A stretch of 64,000 nucleotides of DNA. Origin: Escherichia phage vB_EcoM-CHD94UKE2. Under the pieces are notes generated by a model, which had not been told where the DNA came from, did no database searches, and saw only the letters and a program-made list of their open reading frames with translations. The number at the start of each line of letters is the position of its first letter. The first letter of the stretch is position 1. The stretch lies in the sequence record MZ234031.1; one strand, written 5' to 3'. This document shows positions 57,877 to 64,000 of the stretch, in pieces. The translations under genes and the position numbers were made by a program.

Positions 57877-58458
57877 ATGGCGAGTTTAATTTTTACTTAT
57901 GCAGCAATGAATGCTGGAAAATCTGCTTCTCTTTTGACTGCTGCGCATAATTATAAAGAACGTGGAATGAGTGTATTAGTTCTTAAGCCTGCTATTGATA
58001 CTCGCGATTCTGTCTGTGAAGTCGTTTCTCGCATTGGAATTAAGCAGGAAGCGAATATTATTACGGATGATATGGATATTTTTGAGTTCTATAAATGGGC
58101 TGAAGCACAAAAAGATATTCATTGTGTATTTGTAGATGAAGCTCAGTTTTTAAAAACTGAACAGGTGCATCAATTAAGCCGAATTGTCGATACATATAAT
58201 GTTCCTGTTATGGCTTATGGATTAAGGACTGATTTCGCTGGAAAATTATTTGAAGGTTCTAAAGAACTTTTGGCGATTGCAGATAAACTTATTGAACTAA
58301 AAGCAGTTTGTCATTGTGGTAAAAAAGCTATTATGACAGCTCGATTAATGGAAGATGGAACACCAGTTAAAGAAGGTAATCAAATCTGTATTGGTGATGA
58401 AATTTATGTTTCTTTGTGTAGAAAACATTGGAATGAATTAACTAAAAAGCTCGGTTAG
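57877..58458 (+). CDS. tk: thymidine kinase
   Basis: 193 aa; P-loop AAMNAGKSAS; C-terminal CHCGKK...CRKH zinc ribbon; matches T4 Tk. Confidence 0.97.
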   Translation: MASLIFTYAAMNAGKSASLLTAAHNYKERGMSVLVLKPAIDTRDSVCEVVSRIGIKQEANIITDDMDIFEFYKWAEAQKDIHCVFVDEAQFLKTEQVHQLSRIVDTYNVPVMAYGLRTDFAGKLFEGSKELLAIADKLIELKAVCHCGKKAIMTARLMEDGTPVKEGNQICIGDEIYVSLCRKHWNELTKKLG

Positions 58459-58467
58459 TGCAAAAGT

Positions 58468-58475
58468 TATAAATA
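58468..58475 (+). promoter_or_regulatory. late-promoter-like TATAAATA upstream of ORF 58501
   Basis: exact motif 26 nt upstream of ATG. Confidence 0.4.
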
Positions 58476-58500
58476 GGTTTATCTAACTAAAGGGGTATAT

Positions 58501-58713
58501 ATGCTACAATTAACTGAAAAGCAACTTCGCAATCTTACTGTTCTTCAATTAGATGAAATTCGTAGGGAAGTTGGAAATATCATTTCAGCTTTGCGTCGAG
58601 AAGTATCACTCAACCAATCTCCGGCAGACTATACTAGATTGCGAAATTTTGAAAAATACCTTGATAAAGTTAAGGCCGTGCATCGGCATAAAGTAAATAC
58701 AGGACAAAAATGA
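58501..58713 (+). CDS. hypothetical protein
   Basis: 70 aa; late-promoter-like TATAAATA upstream. Confidence 0.55.
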
Positions 58714-58725
58714 TAGGAGGCCTTT

Positions 58726-59019
58726 ATGGCCTTAAAAGCAACGGCACTATTTGCCATGCTAGGATTAGCGTTTGCTTTATCTCCACCGATTGAAGCGAAT
58801 GTCGATCCTCATTTTGATAAATTTATGGAATCTGGTATTAGACACGTTTATATGCTTTTTGAAAATAAAAGCGTAGAATCATCTGAACAGTTCTATAGTT
58901 TTATGCGAACGACCTATAAAAATGACCCGTGCTCTTCCGATTTTGAATGTATAGAACGAGGCGCGGAGATGGCACAATCATACGCTAGAATTATGAACAT
59001 TAAATTGGAGACTGAATGA
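58726..59019 (+). CDS. secreted hypothetical protein
   Basis: 97 aa; signal-peptide-like N-terminus MALKATALFAMLGLAFALSPPIEA; TAGGAGG RBS. Confidence 0.6.
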   Translation: MALKATALFAMLGLAFALSPPIEANVDPHFDKFMESGIRHVYMLFENKSVESSEQFYSFMRTTYKNDPCSSDFECIERGAEMAQSYARIMNIKLETE

Positions 59020-59402
59020 AATTCAGCGACTTTTCACAAAGTGGAAAACCTTCAAAGGCAGATGAATACTTAGGTTTACTAATGGCTGCACAAGCTTATT
59101 TTCATTCTGCGCATTTTGAAACTAAAAGTTATGCTAGACATAAAGCATACGATTTTATTTTCTCTGAGTTACCAGATTTGATTGATAAATTTGGTGAGCA
59201 ATATTTGGGGTATTCTGGTAGAAAATACACACCTTCAATTCCAGATGCCAGTAAACTTCCTACCGACACAATTAAAATGATTGATCGCATACTAGACCAA
59301 TCTAACAGCATTTATAAAGAAATGCCTCCAGCCATTCAAAGCACGATAGATGATATTACTGGAATGTTTTACCAGAGTAAGTATCTTCTTTCCCTCGAAT
59401 AA
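59016..59402 (+). CDS. hypothetical protein
   Basis: 128 aa; followed by intrinsic terminator. Confidence 0.6.
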
Positions 59403-59406
59403 CATT

Positions 59407-59430
59407 AGTCTCCTTCGGGAGACTTTTTTC
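59407..59430 (+). terminator. intrinsic terminator after ORF 59016
   Basis: AGTCTCC-TTCG-GGAGACT plus TTTTTT. Confidence 0.75.
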
Positions 59431-59439
59431 ATTTTACCG

Positions 59440-59469
59440 GTTTACTTTCCGTTTGAGTTGTGGTACTAT
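59440..59469 (+). promoter_or_regulatory. early promoter (with short stem AGTTGT/ACAACT around -10)
   Basis: GTTTAC 59440-59445, TACTAT 59464-59469. Confidence 0.7.
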
Positions 59470-59497
59470 ACAACTATCAGATAAAGAGGAGAACATC

Positions 59498-59686
59498 ATG
59501 AAAATTGAAGCACTCAATCAAGAAGGAAATATCTACGTCATCATTAATGGTGATTTTTTCGTCGACATGGATGAAGTTACTAGTGAAGAACTTGTAGAAC
59601 TTCTTAAGAAACGTTATAATATGTGTGATGAAGTTGCAACTCACATGGCGTGTGCAATATTCTCTCTTTCATATGTGGTAGAATAA
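59498..59686 (+). CDS. small hypothetical protein
   Basis: track start TTG 59453; ATG 59498 after AAAGAGGAGAAC; 62 aa. Confidence 0.55.
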
Positions 59687-59889
59687 TGATTAGTATCGAA
59701 CAAGCGGATAAAATTAAGGAATTGGTATCTTTAATTCGTAAAGCAGATGAGGAACTTAGTGACTTTGCTTGGTTTTCGTCAGGCATTGCAAATAAAAGTA
59801 TTGAAGAACTTGAAGATAAAGTTAATAATGCTGTAGAAGCGTTAGATATGTTTCTTGATGAAATTATCGATCATAATACGAGAGTTTAA
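59686..59889 (+). CDS. small helical protein (small-paralog family)
   Basis: ATG 59686 in TAATG junction; [19 protein letters not shown]... Confidence 0.55.
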   Translation: MISIEQADKIKELVSLIRKADEELSDFAWFSSGIANKSIEELEDKVNNAVEALDMFLDEIIDHNTRV

Positions 59890-59891
59890 GT

Positions 59892-60086
59892 ATGCTAACA
59901 CGCGAACAGTTTGAAAAAATCATTAAATTAGCACGTGATATTGAAATAGATTCATATCAATTAGCAGTTGAGCATTGTGAAGGATATTCATACGATGGTA
60001 TAGAAGCAGCTAAAAAGGATTTGGATAAATCTAAAGCTAAGTTAGTTCAATATCTTGAAATGATTAGGTGGAATAATGAAAACTGA
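59892..60086 (+). CDS. small helical protein (small-paralog family)
   Basis: 64 aa, MLTREQFEKIIKLARDIE... Confidence 0.55.
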   Translation: MLTREQFEKIIKLARDIEIDSYQLAVEHCEGYSYDGIEAAKKDLDKSKAKLVQYLEMIRWNNEN

Positions 60087-60249
60087 AAAGCAGATGTTTT
60101 TAATGAAGCTAATTGAAGAATATGCTAATGCAGTTTCTGACTATGAATGTTCTTCTCGTGAAAGAGGTACAGCTTTCGCTAAAGAAGAATTGAAAATCAT
60201 GGTTGATGCTCATACAAAGCTTCAGAATTTTATTGAAAACGTCATTTAA
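60076..60249 (+). CDS. small helical protein (small-paralog family), 57 aa
   Basis: ATG 60076 overlapping previous ORF end; MKTEKQMFLMKLIEEYANAV...; below ORF-track cutoff. Confidence 0.4.
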   Translation: MKTEKQMFLMKLIEEYANAVSDYECSSRERGTAFAKEELKIMVDAHTKLQNFIENVI

Positions 60250-60251
60250 TG

Positions 60252-60281
60252 GTTTACAAGTTGGCAAGGTTATGATATAGT
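60252..60281 (+). promoter_or_regulatory. putative early promoter
   Basis: GTTTAC 60252-60257, 17-nt spacer, TATAGT 60276-60281. Confidence 0.45.
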
Positions 60282-60309
60282 AATCTTGTCAACTGCCAAG
60301 GAGAAGAGA

Positions 60310-60414
60310 ATGAAAGTTTTGTTTGTTGTGTATGTGATGATTCAATATAATTACCCAATGTTTACTTATAATCTGGTGAACAACATTATTGATATTATTC
60401 AAAGGAGTATGTAA
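60310..60414 (+). CDS. 34-aa hydrophobic upstream ORF, translationally coupled to next gene
   Basis: ATG after AAGGAGAAGAGA; MKVLFVVYVMIQYNYPMFTYNLVNNIIDIIQRSM; stop overlaps next ATG (TAATG). Confidence 0.3.
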   Translation: MKVLFVVYVMIQYNYPMFTYNLVNNIIDIIQRSM

Positions 60415-60599
60415 TGACAAGTGAGCAGGCTTTTAAATTAAAAGAATTAATTGAAACATATAGCAAAGCTGTTCATACAGCAACAGTTATTGATGAATCA
60501 GCTTTCTCCGGACATGCTAACAAGATTAAATACAAAACTCTTATGGAAGAAGCTAAAGTAAATCTTGATTCTTATATTGAAACTTTAATTGGTGAATAA
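60414..60599 (+). CDS. small helical protein (small-paralog family)
   Basis: 61 aa, MTSEQAFKLKELIETYSKAV... Confidence 0.55.
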   Translation: MTSEQAFKLKELIETYSKAVHTATVIDESAFSGHANKIKYKTLMEEAKVNLDSYIETLIGE

Positions 60600-60600
60600 C

Positions 60601-60867
60601 ATGGGCTTTCCTAAATTAGAAGTAGGTGATTTAGTTTTAACAAAATTATGGAATGGTGTTCAATCAGTAGAAATCTGCCAATATCGTGGAGCAACAGGTA
60701 ATTTGATGTACACGATTTATAATCCAGAAATTTTGTTAGAGTGTCATTTGGAACGCTTTATAAAAGACACCGATAGTATGCCTTATAGTGTATCAATTGT
60801 ACGTAAATCTGATACAAAGGAATATTCTAAAATTTTAGAACAAATTCGTGCCAATAAAAAGGATTAA
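60601..60867 (+). CDS. hypothetical protein
   Basis: track start TTG 60589; ATG 60601; 88 aa. Confidence 0.55.
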   Translation: MGFPKLEVGDLVLTKLWNGVQSVEICQYRGATGNLMYTIYNPEILLECHLERFIKDTDSMPYSVSIVRKSDTKEYSKILEQIRANKKD

Positions 60868-60868
60868 T

Positions 60869-61402
60869 ATGAAACGATTAGTATTAGAAGTTAGTCCGCT
60901 TTTTGGTGAATTGGCTATAGAAAAAGTAAATAACATGTATCGTTTGACGCAAGAAGACGATATGCTATATTTTACGCCTAGTGAAATCATTCATTTAACC
61001 CAAATTGAATATCCTTATACTGATAAAATAGTAAGCATCAATGATGAGCACAAAATTCATTTTTATTCTTCATGCCCAGGATTTAATATTAAAAGTGAGT
61101 CAATGTGTTTATCAGTTATCCATTGGGATAGTTTTATAGATAAGATTAAATATTTTTATTATTCTAATGAAAGAAAACATAGTTTAAAATGGCTCAAAAA
61201 TTGCAATGCTATTATTACTAACGCTTGCAATCAGAATGATGAAACTCTTTTAAATGTATCAAAATGTTATGAAGAGGGAGATGTCTTAACTATTCGCCAA
61301 ATTGACGATTTTCGATCACATATTGTCACATTTACCAAAGACGAAGCTATTGCGTTAAAGACTTATCTTGATTCTGTCATTCCAACTATGATTTCAAAGT
61401 GA
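60869..61402 (+). CDS. hypothetical protein, paralog pair member 1
   Basis: ATG 60869 (track starts upstream at 60848); C-terminus FTKDEAIALKTYLDSVIPTM shared with next ORF. Confidence 0.6.
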   Translation: MKRLVLEVSPLFGELAIEKVNNMYRLTQEDDMLYFTPSEIIHLTQIEYPYTDKIVSINDEHKIHFYSSCPGFNIKSESMCLSVIHWDSFIDKIKYFYYSNERKHSLKWLKNCNAIITNACNQNDETLLNVSKCYEEGDVLTIRQIDDFRSHIVTFTKDEAIALKTYLDSVIPTMISK

Positions 61403-61408
61403 GGAAAT

Positions 61409-61930
61409 ATGTTTATTTCAAGTGGAAGCGGTTTAATTCGTGTTGAATTTAAAAATGACATCTTTCTTAGTCAAGGAGATGATATTATTAAAATGAGTTA
61501 TGACGAAATCAAGAAAATTTGTCATGCTCTTGAAAGTCATGGAAAGGAAAATGCTACTATCGATATAGGTGATTTATGGGTGACACTTTATGAAGTATCC
61601 GAAGGATTTAACATTGAAGATGAAAACAACATTTTAGCTATTGATAAAAGAAGTGATTTGTTTGATGTATTAAAAGTTTATGAACAGTCAAATGGTGGAA
61701 GAAAAGCTGTATTAGTTTATCAAAAACCACATTCATGTGGAACTGCTTCAATCATTTCAAATATTGAAGATGAAACTGATACTTATATGTGTGTTTTAAA
61801 AGCTGGTGGTGACCGTCATCCGGATTTTATTTCTATTCGTCAAAATAATGGAGAAATTTCATTATCAAAATCAGAAGCTGAAGCTATGATTAAGTATTTA
61901 ACAACTGTTACACCTTCAATGAAAGGATAA
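61409..61930 (+). CDS. hypothetical protein, paralog pair member 2
   Basis: 173 aa; C-terminus LSKSEAEAMIKYLTTVTPSM. Confidence 0.6.
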   Translation: MFISSGSGLIRVEFKNDIFLSQGDDIIKMSYDEIKKICHALESHGKENATIDIGDLWVTLYEVSEGFNIEDENNILAIDKRSDLFDVLKVYEQSNGGRKAVLVYQKPHSCGTASIISNIEDETDTYMCVLKAGGDRHPDFISIRQNNGEISLSKSEAEAMIKYLTTVTPSMKG

Positions 61931-61932
61931 TT

Positions 61933-62394
61933 ATGATTATTAATGAAAACTCTTGGCATTATAAATTATTCAAAATGTTTAACGACGAATGGAAACGACC
62001 TAAGACACTTTGTGCATATTTTTGGTCTATTGTTATCCCTACATTTTTCGTTTCTTTTTTCGGATGTACTATACTCGCAGGTCTAACTATTATCTGTGCA
62101 GAAATCATACAGAAATGGCTTATTTTTGGTAGTTTATGGACTCTTATTCCATCAGCATTTATACTTGCCATTTTGCTTGTTTTACTTATTATCGGTTCAT
62201 TTGTTATTCCTGCACAACTACATGAAAAATATAAAGATTATAAATGGAAAAAGGATTATGCTTTACATGTAGAAAATATTGATAGGGCGTATAAAGGTTT
62301 ACCTCCTATTCAACCCAAGAAATCTATTATCGTCGAATTTTTAAAAGCGCGTAAAGCTAAAGTATGTCCTGTTATTGAATATAAGGCTGAATGA
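61933..62394 (+). CDS. multi-pass membrane protein
   Basis: 153 aa; at least three hydrophobic helices. Confidence 0.6.
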   Translation: MIINENSWHYKLFKMFNDEWKRPKTLCAYFWSIVIPTFFVSFFGCTILAGLTIICAEIIQKWLIFGSLWTLIPSAFILAILLVLLIIGSFVIPAQLHEKYKDYKWKKDYALHVENIDRAYKGLPPIQPKKSIIVEFLKARKAKVCPVIEYKAE

Positions 62395-63404
62395 TGAAAA
62401 CAGTAATGAAAAGCTATTTTGGTAGTCATCTTTATGGAACTTCTACTCCAGAATCTGATGTAGATTTTAAAGAAATCTTTGTTCCTCCTGCTCGCGATAT
62501 TCTTATCGGAAATGTTAAAGAGCATATGAGTAAAAACACTAACAACACATCATCTAAAAACACTAAAGATGATATTGACCATGAACTATACAGTCTTAAA
62601 TATTTCTTTAAATTAGCAGCAGATGGTGAAACTGTAGCGTTAGATATGCTTCACACTCCACCTGAGTTAGTGGTTAAATCTGATTTGCCTGATGTGTGGA
62701 AGTTTATTCAAGACAACCGTTCTCGTTTTTATACGACTAACATGAAATCCTATTTAGGATATGTCCGTAAGCAAGCTTCTAAATACGGCGTTAAGGGTTC
62801 TCGTTTGGCTGCATTACGTGATGTATTGAAAGTAGTTAATCAAATCCCTGAGCAGTGGGTTGATTACCAAGAAGATGGTTCTATTAAGCAGCGTCGTACT
62901 AAAGTTGAAGATATTAAGCATCGTCTTCCAGAAAACGAATTCTGTGAATGGGTGTTCCATAATCATGAGAAAACAGGCCCACAGACGTTCTACACAGTGT
63001 TGGGTCGTAAATATCAGACAACGCTTTCTCTTATTGAGCTTAAGCAGTCACTGAACAAATTAGATGCTGAATATGGTGAACGCGCTCGTAAGGCCGAAGC
63101 CAATGAAGGTATTGACTGGAAAGCTCTGAGTCATGCTTGCCGTGGTGGACTCCAACTATTGGAAATTTACAAAACTGGTGACTTGGTTTATCCACTCCAA
63201 GATGCTCCATTTATTCTCGACGTGAAGTTGGGTAAACATCCATTTAAAACGGTTCAAGAGTTTTTGGAAGATGTGGTCGATCAAGTAGAAGCAGCATCTA
63301 CTGAAGCTTCTAAGAACGGTATGCAGCAAAAAGTAGACATGAGTTTCTGGGATGACTTCCTTGAGAAGGTCTATCTTGAAAACCATCGAAGTTATTATAA
63401 ATGA
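62391..63404 (+). CDS. hypothetical protein with Pol-beta-type nucleotidyltransferase-like N-terminal motif
   Basis: 337 aa; N-terminal GSHLYGTSTPESDVDF resembles hG[GS]x9-13Dh[DE] NTase signature; terminator downstream. Confidence 0.6.
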   Translation: MMKTVMKSYFGSHLYGTSTPESDVDFKEIFVPPARDILIGNVKEHMSKNTNNTSSKNTKDDIDHELYSLKYFFKLAADGETVALDMLHTPPELVVKSDLPDVWKFIQDNRSRFYTTNMKSYLGYVRKQASKYGVKGSRLAALRDVLKVVNQIPEQWVDYQEDGSIKQRRTKVEDIKHRLPENEFCEWVFHNHEKTGPQTFYTVLGRKYQTTLSLIELKQSLNKLDAEYGERARKAEANEGIDWKALSHACRGGLQLLEIYKTGDLVYPLQDAPFILDVKLGKHPFKTVQEFLEDVVDQVEAASTEASKNGMQQKVDMSFWDDFLEKVYLENHRSYYK

Positions 63405-63405
63405 T

Positions 63406-63430
63406 AGGGAGCCTTCGGGCTCCCTTTTTT
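63406..63430 (+). terminator. intrinsic terminator after ORF 62391
   Basis: AGGGAGCC-TTCG-GGCTCCCT plus TTTTTT. Confidence 0.75.
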
Positions 63431-63455
63431 ATTTTAAAAATTTTTTCACAAAACT

Positions 63456-63485
63456 GTTTACAAGCATAAAGCTTTATGGTACTAT
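63456..63485 (+). promoter_or_regulatory. early promoter
   Basis: UP-like AAAAATTTTTTCACAAAACT, GTTTAC 63456-63461, TACTAT 63480-63485. Confidence 0.7.
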
Positions 63486-63521
63486 ACAACTATCAAAACA
63501 AACACTTAAACGGAAAACAAA

Positions 63522-63671
63522 ATGAAAATTACACCAATTGAAGTAAAAAAGTTGATTGATACAGAAGAAATTTCAGAGTGTTTTGAAAGTTTCTTAGAAG
63601 ACGCAACTGAAGATAACGCGGTTTATCTCGCCCAGAAAATTATCGAAACTTATTTGGAGAAGAATCAATGA
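63522..63671 (+). CDS. small hypothetical protein (49 aa)
   Basis: ATG after early promoter; ATGA coupling to next ORF; below ORF-track cutoff. Confidence 0.4.
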   Translation: MKITPIEVKKLIDTEEISECFESFLEDATEDNAVYLAQKIIETYLEKNQ

Positions 63672-63931
63672 CAGTTTACGTAGATGTTTTAATGAATCAT
63701 GGATGGAAACTTCGCGGTCATCCAACTAAAAATTGTCATATGTTCACTGATGGAGATATTGAAGAGCTTCATGAAATGGCAGAAGCAATAGGAATGAAAC
63801 GTTCTTGGTTTCAAGATAAACGCATTAAACATTATGACTTACACGCTCGCCGACGCCAAAAAGCTGTAGAACTTGGAGCTGTAGAAGTATCTCGCCGTGA
63901 AGCAGTAAAAATTTGGCGAACGTTAAAATAA
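63668..63931 (+). CDS. hypothetical protein
   Basis: 87 aa, MTVYVDVLMNHGWKLRGHPTKNCHMFTDGDIEELHEMAEAIGMKRSWFQD... Confidence 0.6.
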   Translation: MTVYVDVLMNHGWKLRGHPTKNCHMFTDGDIEELHEMAEAIGMKRSWFQDKRIKHYDLHARRRQKAVELGAVEVSRREAVKIWRTLK

Positions 63932-63934
63932 ATT

Positions 63935-63964
63935 GTTTACAGAAGGGTAGTAGTGTGATACTAT
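63935..63964 (+). promoter_or_regulatory. early promoter, PeSL-type (GGGTAG...TACCCTATC)
   Basis: GTTTAC 63935-63940, TACTAT 63959-63964. Confidence 0.7.
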
Positions 63965-64000
63965 TACCCTATCAAAACAAATGTGAGATTGGAGAATAAA

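Overview
This window is a segment of a T4-like (T-even, Tequatrovirus-type) myovirus genome, shown reverse-complemented relative to the usual T4 map. It is a close T4 relative rather than T4 itself: the lysozyme C-terminus differs, the fibritin foldon reads PKDGQ, Hoc has an extra Ig-like domain, and the tRNA cluster holds 11 tRNAs. All identifications rest on reading the translated ORFs and DNA motifs against remembered T4 biology; no database search was run. Coordinates of non-CDS features were anchored to ORF-track boundaries and may be off by 1-2 nt.

Layout:
- 1-39760, minus strand: an almost uninterrupted late structural module in T4 order (28 partial, 27, 51, then 24, 23, 22, 21, 68, 67, 20, 19, 18, 17, 16, 15, 14, 13, wac, 12, 11, 10, 9, 8, 7, 6, 5.4, 5.1, 5, 53), with TATAAATA late promoters and GC-stem hairpin terminators. 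Embedded opposite-strand genes are 26, 25, uvsY, inh, hoc and rnlB; uvsW and uvsW.1 are on the minus strand.
- 39808-63931, plus strand: the early/middle region (4, 2, 3, 1, 57A, 57B, small-ORF cassettes, tRNA cluster, a structured non-coding region, accessory ORFs, nudE, e, denV, regB, tk and tk-distal small ORFs).

Most interesting observations:
- Six ORFs carry the T4 internal-protein capsid-targeting leader (MKTYQEFIAE-like, ending in an (I/L)xE prohead-protease site), against three internal proteins in T4. They are candidate virion-injected anti-defence proteins.
- Eleven early promoters (GTTTAC, 17 nt, TACTAT/TATAAT) were found; three in tandem after 57B have the -10 inside a 10-bp-stem hairpin (promoter-early-stem-loop cassettes).
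- A tandem trio of paralogous two-TM membrane proteins sits next to a coiled-coil protein upstream of nudE.
- Other accessory genes include a GrcA-like glycyl-radical gene with host-like codon usage, a macro-domain protein, a Pol-beta-type nucleotidyltransferase-like ORF and several small paralog families.

No CRISPR array, integrase, transposase or homing endonuclease was seen. Several ORF-track starts are TTG/GTG; ATG starts were substituted where an in-frame ATG fits the T4 protein length.
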